Source of the DNA: a virus
Taxonomy: Duplodnaviria; Caudoviricetes
Strand: one strand, 5' to 3'
Virus record (IMG/VR): IMGVR_UViG_3300048599_000557
Location: 1 to 24,245 of that record
Length of the DNA: 24,245 nucleotides
Below the pieces are notes generated by a model. The model saw only the letters and a list, made by a program, of their open reading frames with translations, was not told the DNA's origin and ran no database searches. Positions 15,066 to 24,245 of this stretch are shown one piece after another (the stretch's first letter is position 1; every line of letters begins with the position of its first letter). Made by a program: the position numbers and the translations under genes.

Positions 15066-15407
15066 ATGACCAACTTTCGCGACCTCGCAAATCGAACTCT
15101 CGATAGCGCCTATGCGCGCCTTGGCGAAGCTGCAATTTACCACCCGCTCGCCGGCGGGATGCTGCAGGCAGTTCACCCAGTGACGGTCATGCCGACAACC
15201 CGGGATGTGGAGGTGCAACCCTTCGAGCAAGCGCGGGTCAAGACTGATACCTTCTTCCGGGTTCGCGTCTCGGAAGTTCCCGCCCCGACGCAGAACGGCA
15301 TGATTGTCCACGAGGGCGTCGAGTGGACGATTACCGCGGCGCCACGGCGGCTCGATCCACTTGGCCTCGAATGGGAACTGGGCTGCGGCAGAAAGGCAAG
15401 GCCATGA
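15066..15407 (+). CDS. Head-tail joining (FII-like head closure) protein
   Basis: LGEAAIY...VRVSEVPAP..G...RRLDPLGLEWEL pattern; first structural gene after the moron. Confidence 0.75.
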   Translation: MTNFRDLANRTLDSAYARLGEAAIYHPLAGGMLQAVHPVTVMPTTRDVEVQPFEQARVKTDTFFRVRVSEVPAPTQNGMIVHEGVEWTITAAPRRLDPLGLEWELGCGRKARP

Positions 15408-15607
15408 CGAAACAAATCACCATCACAGCGACGCATCCCCGCTCGGGCTGGACTCGCATGGCGGGAGTGACTTTGCCTGTGAATAATGGCCCGTCGACCG
15501 CAGACGCCATGTCCGAATTCGATGCGCTTCAATGCATCGAGGCTGGTCAAGGCGAATGGACCGCGGAGAAAGGTGCGGCCGAGGACAAGCCGCAGCGCCG
15601 CGAGTGA
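15404..15607 (+). CDS. Small hypothetical virion-module protein (67 aa)
   Basis: ATGA and GTGA overlaps with both neighbours. Confidence 0.6.
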   Translation: MTKQITITATHPRSGWTRMAGVTLPVNNGPSTADAMSEFDALQCIEAGQGEWTAEKGAAEDKPQRRE

Positions 15608-16293
15608 GCTTCGAGCTCAAGCTGGCGATCCAGGGCAAGCTCACGGAGTTCCTGGCGACCGAGGTCGCCCAAGCGGCCCGCGCCGTCACGTTGGGAGTCG
15701 CTGATAGCGTCGAATCTGGCAAACAGCTCGCGCGCCAGCAGGTGCGCGCCGCCGGCATGGGCGATCGCCTCGCCAATAGCTGGCGGCACAAGGTGTTTCC
15801 GGACAGACCGGGCCGGTTCTCGATCAACGCTGCTGGGTCGGTTTACTCGAAGGCCCCGCACATCATAGACATCTATGCGCGCGGCGGAACGATCGTGCCG
15901 GTCAATGGCCGAAAGTATCTGGCCATTCCCACAAGCTACTTGCCACATGTCGTGCCCACGCTGGTGGGCAATCGAAGGGTGGCGAAGAAGGTAACGCCGG
16001 CAGCGGTGGCGCGGTATCTAGGAGTGAAGCTGGTGCTTCGTCGCAACCGGCACGGCACGCTCTGGCTTGAGGCCGGGGACTTACGTCTTTCGCGCAGCAA
16101 GAAGGCCTCGCGGCAAGGCACTGCGAAGCGGGCGAGCGACACGGCGATCGCCAAGGGCAAGGCGCTCACTTTGCCATTGTTCTGGCTGGTCAAGAGTGTC
16201 TCGGTCGGCAAGCGCTTGGACCTCAATGCGATCATTGCTCACATGGAAGGCCAACTCGAGGCGAATGTCCTGCGCCATTGGCAGTCCGACTGA
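15604..16293 (+). CDS. DUF6441-like neck/tail completion protein
   Basis: GTG start overlapping the previous stop; basic protein with G.RLANSWR...SKAPHII...GGTI...YLAIPT. Confidence 0.8.
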   Translation: MSFELKLAIQGKLTEFLATEVAQAARAVTLGVADSVESGKQLARQQVRAAGMGDRLANSWRHKVFPDRPGRFSINAAGSVYSKAPHIIDIYARGGTIVPVNGRKYLAIPTSYLPHVVPTLVGNRRVAKKVTPAAVARYLGVKLVLRRNRHGTLWLEAGDLRLSRSKKASRQGTAKRASDTAIAKGKALTLPLFWLVKSVSVGKRLDLNAIIAHMEGQLEANVLRHWQSD

Positions 16294-16295
16294 CC

Positions 16296-16766
16296 ATGGC
16301 GTCCAAGAAGAAGCAGGTCATCGACGCAATCCTGGCGAGGCTTCAGACCGCAATGGCGATAGTGCAATTGCCGGAAGGCTGGCCATGCCCACCGAAAGTG
16401 CAATTGGTTACTGCCGCCCCGGTAGAAGCACCTCCGGAAGGCCATGTGATCATCGGCAAGGGTCGCTTATCTCCGACGCCTGCGGAGTTCGGGGCCGGCG
16501 GTCCCGTCTATGAGTGCGTTCTGACGGTGCCGATAGAGATCCATGTCGGGCACCCTTATGACGATGTCGAGGACCCCGCCTTCGATGCCGTTCAAACGGC
16601 GATCGGCGCCGCCATCATCGCAGATTCGTCTCTCGGCGGTCTGGTCGACGATACCGAACTGATCAGCTCCGACGACTTCGCCGGCGGCGATGACAGCACC
16701 TTGCTCGAAGAGGACTGCCAGCTCGTCCTCGTGTGCACCTGGTACGCAACCAACCCACTTGGCTAA
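16296..16766 (+). CDS. Tail terminator/completion protein (putative)
   Basis: Acidic ~156-aa protein with FD...IGAAI.ADSSLGGLVD and C-terminal Y.TNPLG, directly before the tail tube. Confidence 0.72.
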   Translation: MASKKKQVIDAILARLQTAMAIVQLPEGWPCPPKVQLVTAAPVEAPPEGHVIIGKGRLSPTPAEFGAGGPVYECVLTVPIEIHVGHPYDDVEDPAFDAVQTAIGAAIIADSSLGGLVDDTELISSDDFAGGDDSTLLEEDCQLVLVCTWYATNPLG

Positions 16767-16778
16767 TGAGAGGTCTCC

Positions 16779-17744
16779 ATGCCTGTCCTACGCGGCAAAG
16801 GCGCCGATATCTCGGCTATTGCAGCTATAGAGTCGACCTATGGCACCGCCCCCGGAACGGGATGGTTCCAGCAGCTGCTGACGAGCTTCGATCCCGGCAT
16901 CCAGGACCGGATGGGCTTTGAGCCTGAGTTCGGGCTCGGACATCCCCAGGATCAGGACCCATTCTATGAGGGGCCACGACTGCAACCAAGCTGGGGTGTG
17001 CATATCGGGCTCTATTCTTTCGGATGGTGGCTCAAGATGCTCTTGGGCGCGCCAACAACGTCGGGGGCTGGTCCCTATACGCATGTGTTCGAATCGAACC
17101 TGGACGTACCCTCCTTCTCCTTCGAGGAGGGCGATGCCAATCTTTCGACGCCCAAGTACTTCCTGCTCACGGGGTGCAAATTGAGCCAGATGCAGATCAA
17201 TTTGGCGCCTAAGGGACCGGCGATGGCGAGCTTCAACGGCATCGCGCAGAACCGCGGCGAGGCCGGCGCAGCCGCTAATGGCAGCCCAACCTCCTTCTCG
17301 ACGACGGGCATCTACAAGTATCTCAACAAGAACTGCAAGGTGCAGCGCGCCGGCGCCGATCTTGGTTCTGTGCTCGGCGGCTCGCTCAATTTCGGCAATA
17401 ATGTCGAGGCGATCGAGACGATGCGCGGCGACGGATTGATCGATGCCGCGGACGAGATGAACCGCAGCTGCACTGGCGAATTGCGGGTGCGGCATTCGAG
17501 TTCGGCCTTATTGCGCACCGATGACACCAGCGAGACGCCGGTGGCGCTCAACTATATCTGGGCCACCCCAGTCAACGCCGCCTACAAGCTCGAGATCGAA
17601 CTGGCACGCGCCTTCCTCTCATTGCGTGGCGCGCCAGTCGAGGGTCCCGGCGGCATCGACTACACCTTCGGAGTACGCGCAGCGAAGCCAGCCAGCGGAA
17701 ACCTGATGAAGGTGATGCTCGTGAACAGCGTTGCGAGCTACTGA
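16779..17744 (+). CDS. Major tail tube protein
   Basis: ESTYGTAP, YTHVFES, PVEGPGGI and L.NSVASY motifs; GAGAGG RBS. Confidence 0.88.
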   Translation: MPVLRGKGADISAIAAIESTYGTAPGTGWFQQLLTSFDPGIQDRMGFEPEFGLGHPQDQDPFYEGPRLQPSWGVHIGLYSFGWWLKMLLGAPTTSGAGPYTHVFESNLDVPSFSFEEGDANLSTPKYFLLTGCKLSQMQINLAPKGPAMASFNGIAQNRGEAGAAANGSPTSFSTTGIYKYLNKNCKVQRAGADLGSVLGGSLNFGNNVEAIETMRGDGLIDAADEMNRSCTGELRVRHSSSALLRTDDTSETPVALNYIWATPVNAAYKLEIELARAFLSLRGAPVEGPGGIDYTFGVRAAKPASGNLMKVMLVNSVASY

Positions 17745-17747
17745 ACC

Positions 17748-18338
17748 ATGGCATTCCGTCTCGGCACCATCCCCAAAGCGGTCGATACGATCGACCTGCC
17801 GCTCGACGTTAAGGTGACAGTACGCCCGATCTCAACGCCGATCTGGCATCAGGCGCAGGCCTTCGCGTCACGCGCTGTTCTGGCATTCATCGAAGGCGAG
17901 GAGATCCGCGACGATCTCGGTATTGATCGGGACGCGATGCCGGACTTGACCAACCCCGATGCCAAGGAGGGCTTCCGGCAATTGCTCTTCGCCCAGGCGC
18001 TCGCTCGTGCGGCGATCTTATCTTGGGAGGGCGTGCTTGCCGAAGACGGCAGTCCAGCCGAGGTGACGGCCGCCGCCATCAACGAATTGATGCTGGTTCA
18101 CGCCTTCGCTGAGAGCTTCGTCGTCCGCTACACGGCGCGGATCATCATTGCCCTAGACGAGGGAAACGCATGCGGGCCCTCGCCGCATGGCACTTTGGCG
18201 AAGGGCCCCAATATTGCCGGGGGTGCCGAGACCACAACACCGACTGCGCGAAAGGCCGGCGAGGATTCAGCGGCAAACGCTGTCCCTATGTCGAAAACGC
18301 GCCCCTCACGGAACAAGGCGCAGCGGTCTGGTCACTGA
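17748..18338 (+). CDS. Tail assembly chaperone (gpG-like)
   Basis: Lies between tube and TMP; ARAAILSWEGV..DG motif; contains a slippery site. Confidence 0.82.
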   Translation: MAFRLGTIPKAVDTIDLPLDVKVTVRPISTPIWHQAQAFASRAVLAFIEGEEIRDDLGIDRDAMPDLTNPDAKEGFRQLLFAQALARAAILSWEGVLAEDGSPAEVTAAAINELMLVHAFAESFVVRYTARIIIALDEGNACGPSPHGTLAKGPNIAGGAETTTPTARKAGEDSAANAVPMSKTRPSRNKAQRSGH

Positions 18339-18547
18339 TCACGAGTTTTCAGAGCCAGTTGTGCGCCGGCGGCATGGGCGCGATCGGCTTCGACATTCCG
18401 GCCCTTATCTCGATTGGCGAACGTCAAGGGCTCGAGACTGATCTTCTTTTGCTGATGCTGCCGTTCGCCGATGAAGGCCTCGCCCGGGTGATGGTCGAGC
18501 AGCGCAACCGTCACCAACAGGACCTCAATATCCGAAATCATGGCTGA
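18161..18547 (+). CDS. gpT-like -1 frameshift extension of the chaperone (GT product about 266 aa)
   Basis: In-frame G GGA AAC heptamer at 18161-18167. The -1 frame continues KRMRALAAWHF..YCxxC...CPY..N.P.T.QG..VW and ends overlapping the TMP start. Confidence 0.82.
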   Translation, partial: GKRMRALAAWHFGEGPQYCRGCRDHNTDCAKGRRGFSGKRCPYVENAPLTEQGAAVWSLITSFQSQLCAGGMGAIGFDIPALISIGERQGLETDLLLLMLPFADEGLARVMVEQRNRHQQDLNIRNHG

Positions 18548-20780
18548 ACGTTCTGTCATCTTGCGCCTCGCCACCAAGGATGGCGAGGTCGTCAAGCGGG
18601 CACTCATGACGCTCGGCAAGGAGGGTGAAGATGCGCTGAAGCGCATCGAGCGCGCCGGCCAGCCGGCAAGCCGCGGGATTGCCGCGGTAGATGCAGCGGC
18701 CAAGGAAGCCCGAAGCTCGATCGAGAATCTCGCTTCGCGGGCCGGCGCCGGCGAGCGGGTGTTGCGGGCTTTTGGGCCAGCCGGCCTCGTCGCAGCGGCA
18801 GGGCTTGGCGCTTTGGTGATCGCCTTCGGGACGGTGATGGGCAAGGCCCGCGAGGCGGTCGACTATTTCGACGATTTGCAGGATGCCGCACAGCGTCTCG
18901 GTGTTTCGACCGAATATCTGCAAGCGATCCGCTTCGCGGTCGGGCAATCAGGCGGCGATATCGAAAAGACCGAAATCGCCCTTGACCGGCTCAATGCGGT
19001 GATGGGCGACATTGCCAGGGGCGGTGGCGGCGAGGCAGCGAAGGCATTCAAGCTTTTGGGGGTCAGTGCCACCGACGCGCAAGGGCGCGTCAAAGGCCTC
19101 GAGCGGGTGCTTCCCGAGCTGGCCGATGGCTATGAGAAACTTGGCAGCGCCCAGGAACGCGCCTCGGTTGCAACCGATCTCTTCGGTAAAGGCAACCAGG
19201 CCTTTGCGCGCGTGCTTGCTGAGGGAGCCGACGGTCTCGAGCGGCAGATCAGACTTGCCCGCGAGATGGGCGCGGTGGTCGATGCCGAACTGGTGCGAAA
19301 AGGTGCCGAAGCCAAGGACAAGCTCGCAGCATTGTCTTTGGTGATCAAGTCGCAACTTTACCAGGCAGTGATCGATGCCGTCCCGGCGATCGTGCAGATG
19401 TCGTTGGCCTTCGCAGAGGTCGCCAAATGGGCCGGGATGACGGCCGACGCCTGGAATGCTCTGCCCAATCAGCGGCTCGAAACCTTGGCCGATACACTGG
19501 GCATCCTGCGCGAGCGGTTGGGCGCGCTCAACAAGGCGCGGGAGGAACAAGTTGCCGCCGGCGGATGGTTCGGTGCCGCGGCCGATACCTCGGCGATCGA
19601 CAAGGAGATCGCCGCCACGCAAGCGCGCATCTCCGAATATGAGGCAGTGATCGAGGCCAGGAACTATGGGGCCTTTGAGGGTCGGCGCGCCAGCGCCATG
19701 GCAAGCCCTGAAGAGGTCAAGGACTTCTCGGCCGCGGTCAGTGAAGCGATCGACCAGTTGAAAATCCAGGAAGAACAGGCGCGCCGAACCGGCGAGGAAC
19801 TCGCTGTCTACAACGCGCTGCTCAAAGTGCCAGGTGCTACGGCCGAGGAGCGCGCGGCGATCACGCAGGCCGCGATCGAGACCTTCCGCGCCGAAGAGGC
19901 CAAGCGCAAGGCGGCGGAAGCCACAGCCGCGGCCGCGCGCGAAGCCACCAAAAGCCAGAATGAAGCCGAGCGAGATCGCCAGCGTGTGATGCTCGAGGGC
20001 CAGCGCGTGACGGCGAGCGTCGAAACGGCAGAGGAAAAGCGGGCTCGCACGCTTGCCACAATCCAAAGATTGTTGGAGGCGAATGCCATCGGCGAGGCGA
20101 CAGCTGCACGGGCGCGCCAGAAAGCCGACGAGCAATATTTCGCTGATAATACATCGCCCCTAGCGGGGATTGTGCAAGGCTTAAGTCAGCTCGTTGAGCT
20201 AACCAGCGACAGCGCGGGGCAAATTTCCAATTCGTTGACGGGTGCCTTCCAGGCTGGCGAAGACGCCTTCGTTCAATTCATCAAGAGAGGCAAGGTCAGT
20301 TTCTCTGATCTGATCGACTCGATGATCGCCGATCTGGCGCGCCTTGCCTATCGTAGCGCTACCAATGGGTTATTTCAGTTTGCATTGAACGCAGCAACGG
20401 CGGCTTTCGCTCCGGCGCTGCCCGCCGGTGTCGGGCCTGGGACGAACGGTCTCGGTTTCCTCACTTACGGAGGCCCTCGTGCTGGAGGCGGCGATGTCGA
20501 TCCGCGTCATTATTATGAGGTGAACGAGCGCGGCGGGCGCGAGTGGTTCCAGCCTTTGGTGCCCGGCCGGGTGATCCCGGCCATGCCGATCGGCGGTGGC
20601 GAAGGCGCTAGCCGCAGCGAGAGTGCCGTGACTTTTGCTCCAAGCTTCACCATCGACGCCCGCGGCGCAGAACCCGGGATCGAAACGCAAATCAGGGCCG
20701 GTATCGGCCAGGCGGTACAGATGATGAAGCGCGACTTCGCGGCGACATTGCGCGACGGACGTCGGCGGAACCTGTTCTGA
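18540..20780 (+). CDS. Tail tape measure protein (746 aa)
   Basis: Ala/Glu-rich helical protein with lambda-like C-terminal EDAFVQF...GKVSFSDLIDSMIADLAR and RAGGGDV....Y.VNERG.EWF.P. Confidence 0.93.
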   Translation: MAERSVILRLATKDGEVVKRALMTLGKEGEDALKRIERAGQPASRGIAAVDAAAKEARSSIENLASRAGAGERVLRAFGPAGLVAAAGLGALVIAFGTVMGKAREAVDYFDDLQDAAQRLGVSTEYLQAIRFAVGQSGGDIEKTEIALDRLNAVMGDIARGGGGEAAKAFKLLGVSATDAQGRVKGLERVLPELADGYEKLGSAQERASVATDLFGKGNQAFARVLAEGADGLERQIRLAREMGAVVDAELVRKGAEAKDKLAALSLVIKSQLYQAVIDAVPAIVQMSLAFAEVAKWAGMTADAWNALPNQRLETLADTLGILRERLGALNKAREEQVAAGGWFGAAADTSAIDKEIAATQARISEYEAVIEARNYGAFEGRRASAMASPEEVKDFSAAVSEAIDQLKIQEEQARRTGEELAVYNALLKVPGATAEERAAITQAAIETFRAEEAKRKAAEATAAAAREATKSQNEAERDRQRVMLEGQRVTASVETAEEKRARTLATIQRLLEANAIGEATAARARQKADEQYFADNTSPLAGIVQGLSQLVELTSDSAGQISNSLTGAFQAGEDAFVQFIKRGKVSFSDLIDSMIADLARLAYRSATNGLFQFALNAATAAFAPALPAGVGPGTNGLGFLTYGGPRAGGGDVDPRHYYEVNERGGREWFQPLVPGRVIPAMPIGGGEGASRSESAVTFAPSFTIDARGAEPGIETQIRAGIGQAVQMMKRDFAATLRDGRRRNLF

Positions 20781-21439
20781 TGGCGCTCCCGAATCCGCGG
20801 GTTCTTCCAGCCGAACTCAGCTTCTGGTCGACATCCTTTACCATTGAATGGGCGGTCAGTGCGCCGTTTCGCGCCCGCGCCGGTGGCGTCGCAGTGGTCG
20901 AAACCGGCAGTGCCGCCTGGCGCGCAACCTTCATGTCGCCACCGCGCTACAAGAAAGACGACCTGCTTCTGATCAAGGCCTGGTTCAATTCGATGCGCGG
21001 GGGAACATTCAATTTCCTGGCCCATGATGCGGCGCGGCCATTTCCTCGCAACTATCCTTCGGGGTTCGCCGGCATGACGCGCGCCGGCGGCGGCGCCTTC
21101 GATGGCACGGCCACGGTGACGGCGGTTACGGCAACGACGATCGCGCTCTCCACCTTGCCGGCCAATTTCGTATTCAAACCGGCAGACTACATATCGCTGG
21201 TGAAGAGCGGCAAATATTCATTGCATCAGATCATGGAGGCGGTGAACGCGAATGGCTCAGGCGTTGCCACCGTCACAGTCGAGCCTCCGATCGTCACGAG
21301 CGTCTTTGCACCACCATCGCTCACCGCCAATCTGGCCTTCCCGCTTGGGCTCTTCGTGCCCGACCCCAGGAGCTGGCAGGGCGACCCGACGGCGCGGCGC
21401 GCCGCCTGCACCTTCTCAGCCTGGTCGAGGATTGCCTGA
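20780..21439 (+). CDS. Distal tail (Dit-like) baseplate protein
   Basis: Directly after TMP (TGATG overlap); AWF.SMRGG...FLAHD..RP.P pattern. Confidence 0.7.
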   Translation: MALPNPRVLPAELSFWSTSFTIEWAVSAPFRARAGGVAVVETGSAAWRATFMSPPRYKKDDLLLIKAWFNSMRGGTFNFLAHDAARPFPRNYPSGFAGMTRAGGGAFDGTATVTAVTATTIALSTLPANFVFKPADYISLVKSGKYSLHQIMEAVNANGSGVATVTVEPPIVTSVFAPPSLTANLAFPLGLFVPDPRSWQGDPTARRAACTFSAWSRIA

Positions 21440-22053
21440 TGCGTGTCTATGGCGCCGGCGTCGATGCGGCCCTCGCGAAAGAGGGCATCGTCGCGGTCAA
21501 CATGATTCTGTTCGATTTCCCCTCCGGCTATTGGGGCTATTGGATGGGGATCGGCAATTTTTCGTGGAACGGCATCACCTGGCGCGGTACTGGCTCGCTC
21601 ATCGAATTGCAATTCGCCGGCGAAGGCACCGATCTTGCTTCGCGGCCGCTCACCGCGAGATTGCGCGCCGTTGCCGATACCGCGCTCGACGCCGATACAC
21701 TCGCCACGATCGAAAGCGAGTCCTATTCGCAGCGCCCGGTCACGCTTTATACCGCCTATTTCGATAGGGACACCCGTGTCCTGATATCGGTCGAGCAGGA
21801 ATGGGCCGGCATCGTCGACACCTTCGAGCATGTCGAGGAAGACGGTGATCATGTTCTGGTCGGGCATTTCGAATCGCGCTCGATCGATTACACACGGCGT
21901 GGCGCATCGATCCGCTCGAATGGGCAACAAAACCTGATCTCGGCCGGCGATCTCTTTTTCGATTATGTCGCAACAGTTGCCGAGAAGGATATCTATTTCG
22001 GGCGCAAGCAGCCGGCTAGCAGCGGCAACCGTTACAGTGGATCGCCCGTATGA
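21439..22053 (+). CDS. Baseplate hub / minor tail protein
   Basis: W.GIG..SWNG.TW.GTG.L and Q.LI..GDLFFDYV motifs; TGATG overlap. Confidence 0.7.
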   Translation: MRVYGAGVDAALAKEGIVAVNMILFDFPSGYWGYWMGIGNFSWNGITWRGTGSLIELQFAGEGTDLASRPLTARLRAVADTALDADTLATIESESYSQRPVTLYTAYFDRDTRVLISVEQEWAGIVDTFEHVEEDGDHVLVGHFESRSIDYTRRGASIRSNGQQNLISAGDLFFDYVATVAEKDIYFGRKQPASSGNRYSGSPV

Positions 22054-22472
22054 CGAGGCTCCTCGACTGGCCCGATCGCCTGATTGCGGCGCTCGAGCGT
22101 CATGAGCGTATGGTCTTCGCCTATGGCGTGAGCGATTGCATGCAGCTTGCCATGGATTGCGCAAATGCCGTGACCGGCCGCCATCCCTACCCCAAGGCCA
22201 GGCGCTACAGAACGAAACGCGGCGCTGCATCCTGCCTCAAGCGGCATGGCTTCGGCAATATCATCGAGGCGCTGATGGCGGCTTATCCTGAGATCGCACC
22301 GTCACTGGCGCGGCGCGGCGATATCGGCACTGTCTATGAAGGCAATGTGCCCTGCGCAGTGGTCTGCGAGGGTTTGCTCTTTGCCGGCAAACCGCCGGGA
22401 ACGGTGGGGTTGGTTCGAATTCCCCGCGCCCGCGTCGAGCGCGCCTTCGCTGTTGGATGGGACGATGCTTAA
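22050..22472 (+). CDS. NlpC/P60-like tail-associated protein (DUF6950-like)
   Basis: RLLDWPDRL...FAYGVSDC (candidate catalytic Cys) ...ARRGDI. Confidence 0.75.
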   Translation: MTRLLDWPDRLIAALERHERMVFAYGVSDCMQLAMDCANAVTGRHPYPKARRYRTKRGAASCLKRHGFGNIIEALMAAYPEIAPSLARRGDIGTVYEGNVPCAVVCEGLLFAGKPPGTVGLVRIPRARVERAFAVGWDDA

Positions 22473-24245
22473 GCGCTTCGCCGGAGTCATCGCGGCAGTG
22501 CTGGCCATGGCGACGTGGATCGGGCCCGCGAGCGCGGAACCTATTACCATCTCGCTTGCGGCAACGGTCGGCATTTCTCTGGTTGCTGGCTCGACCGCAG
22601 CCGCGGTGGCAACTGCCGTATTGACGACGACTGTTTCGACAGCTCTTTCTGTCGGCCTCAGTTTCCTGTCGGCAGCACTCTCGTCGAAGCCGAAGCCTCT
22701 GTCCGGCACCATGTCGCAAGTCCAGTTCGGTGGCGACGTGCCGCGGCAGATTCCGATGGGCGAGGTCAAGCTTGGCGGCCAGCTCGTTTATTTCTGCGGG
22801 GTCGGGGAGAAGAACAAGGAGCTGCATCTCGTCTATGCGCTCGCTGATTGGGAATGCGAGGCGCTGACCGGAGTCATCGTCTCGGGCGAGAAGAAAACGC
22901 TCACCCCGATCTCGATCGTCGGCAGCGAGCATGCCCGCTATTCGGTGTCCGGCTTCTCGGGCAAGTTCGAAGTTGCCTACTTTCGTGGCACCATGACCCA
23001 GGTGGCCGATTCCGAACTTGTCACGGCATCGGGAGTGCGCTCGACCGGGATTGGCGCCTGGACCTCGGCACATCGTGGCGCAGGCGTGTGCTATCTGCGC
23101 ATCAAGCTCAGCTATGACGAGGACGTGTTTCAGGGCGGTGTCCCGCGCTGCGAATGGATCGTCAAAGGCGCCAAGCTCTATGACCGGCGCAAGGATTTAA
23201 CCTCTGGCGGCTCAGGTGGCCATCGCTGGAACGATCCGACCACCTGGGAGTATTCAGCCAACCCCGTCGTGATGGACGAGAACTTCCGGCGCGGCTTCTA
23301 CCGCAATGGCCAGCGTATTCTCGGAATGGGCATGCCGGTTTCGGCGCTCCTAGCCGATTATTATGTCGCGGCCGCCAATGTCTGCGATGAGGATCTGACG
23401 GAGGGTGGCAATCCTGAGAAGCGCTATGCTTGCTCGGTCATCGTCAATGACGATGCCGAATGGCATATCGCAGTTGATGCCTTCCGCACCGCCTATGCCG
23501 GCGACATGCTCGAAAAGTACGGCCAGTTCGGGCCTATCGCCGGAGCGGCGCAATCGATCGTCGGGACCTTCACCGACGGCGACTTGAGTAAGGATCACGC
23601 CACCACCTTCTCGCTCAAACTGCCGCGCAGCGAACTAGTCAACCAGGTCTATGGCAGCTTTATCAATCCCGACAAGAACTGGGAGAACGACGCCTTCGCC
23701 CCCGTGACGGATTCAGGATGGCTCGCTGAGGACAATGGGGAGCCGCGCGCCCAGGATGCGCAATTGCTGATGGTGCCGAAGCGCTATCAGGCCAATCGCA
23801 TCGCTCAGATCCTTGCCAAGAAAGCTCGGCAACCCGCCCGCCACACCGGCGTCTATGGGCCGCAATTTGCCAAATTCGAGCCAGGCGATTGGGTGACCCT
23901 CACCAATCGCTTCGGCTCCTTCACCATGATGATCGTTGCCAAGGAACGCGTCGCCCCTCTGGTGCATCACTTTTCCTTCCGCCAGATCGCCGCGAGCGTC
24001 TATGGCGGAGCGGGAACGGTGGTGACGCCGCCGACCGTCGTCGAGGTTTCGATCCCACCGCATGTCACGACGATTTCGGGGTTCGTGGTGACCGAGGTGA
24101 CATTGCTCGGCGCGACCGGGCAGGTTAGGCCAGGCATCAAGGTCGACTGGAATCCGCCCTCTGATCCAAGCGCCGTGGCGGTACGGATCGAGTATCGCGT
24201 CCAGGGTAGCGCCAATATGCAGCCGATCCTGCACCTTGCGCCGGA
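22465..24245 (+). CDS. Tail-tip / host-specificity (gpJ-like) protein, 3'-truncated by the window and absent from the ORF track
   Basis: Manual translation is open from ATG 22465 to the end (about 593 codons): MLKRFAGVIAAVLAM...WTSAHRGAGVCY...KGAKLYDRRKD..GGSG.HRWNDPTTWEYSANP...AAANVCDE...EPGDWV...FN3-like VDWNPP. Confidence 0.9.
   Translation, partial: MLKRFAGVIAAVLAMATWIGPASAEPITISLAATVGISLVAGSTAAAVATAVLTTTVSTALSVGLSFLSAALSSKPKPLSGTMSQVQFGGDVPRQIPMGEVKLGGQLVYFCGVGEKNKELHLVYALADWECEALTGVIVSGEKKTLTPISIVGSEHARYSVSGFSGKFEVAYFRGTMTQVADSELVTASGVRSTGIGAWTSAHRGAGVCYLRIKLSYDEDVFQGGVPRCEWIVKGAKLYDRRKDLTSGGSGGHRWNDPTTWEYSANPVVMDENFRRGFYRNGQRILGMGMPVSALLADYYVAAANVCDEDLTEGGNPEKRYACSVIVNDDAEWHIAVDAFRTAYAGDMLEKYGQFGPIAGAAQSIVGTFTDGDLSKDHATTFSLKLPRSELVNQVYGSFINPDKNWENDAFAPVTDSGWLAEDNGEPRAQDAQLLMVPKRYQANRIAQILAKKARQPARHTGVYGPQFAKFEPGDWVTLTNRFGSFTMMIVAKERVAPLVHHFSFRQIAASVYGGAGTVVTPPTVVEVSIPPHVTTISGFVVTEVTLLGATGQVRPGIKVDWNPPSDPSAVAVRIEYRVQGSANMQPILHLAP

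Larger units (their letters stand above)
1..24245 (+). mobile_element. Lambda-like temperate phage/prophage packaging, head and tail module (partial, continues past the window end)
   Basis: Colinear TerS-TerL(GpA)-gpW-portal-protease/capsid-connectors-tube-chaperone-TMP-baseplate-tail tip order, many ATGA/TGATG gene overlaps, and no obvious frame disruptions in the structural genes. Confidence 0.97.

Noticed and set aside
9743-22230. Long antisense or alternate-frame ORFs (9743-10639, 13751-14506, 16788-17495, 18948-20135, 21226-22230)
   Set aside because: They are shadows of well-supported genes in GC-rich DNA and show no recognisable motifs.
5020-24245. Gene transfer agent cluster (suggested by the CtrA box)
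   Set aside because: A GpA terminase, lambda-type portal, protease-capsid fusion, long TMP and cos-like site differ from the RcGTA head-tail cluster.

Overview
This window is the left arm of a lambda-like (siphovirus) temperate phage or prophage from a GC-rich host. The host is probably an alphaproteobacterium, inferred from a perfect CtrA box, a CTATAT -10 element and DUF3489/DUF6441-type genes. It opens at a cos-like site with clustered TACCAC repeats and continues through a ParB-fused DNA methyltransferase, terminase small and large subunits, gpW, portal, a protease-capsid fusion, DUF2190, head-tail connectors, tail tube, G/GT frameshift chaperones, tape measure and baseplate genes. It ends in a tail-tip protein that runs off the window and is missing from the ORF track. 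Two accessory inserts interrupt the late operon. The first (about 1.78-4.0 kb) is a regulatory cassette: a GNAT-like gene behind a sigma54 promoter and a long structured leader, an unannotated ~78-nt sRNA with anti-Shine-Dalgarno motifs, a perfect CtrA box and two small membrane peptides. The second (about 11.7-15.0 kb) is an antisense moron encoding an exported RoxA-like di-heme cytochrome c fused to a mini-catalase domain. All family assignments come from recognising motifs by eye; no database searches were run.
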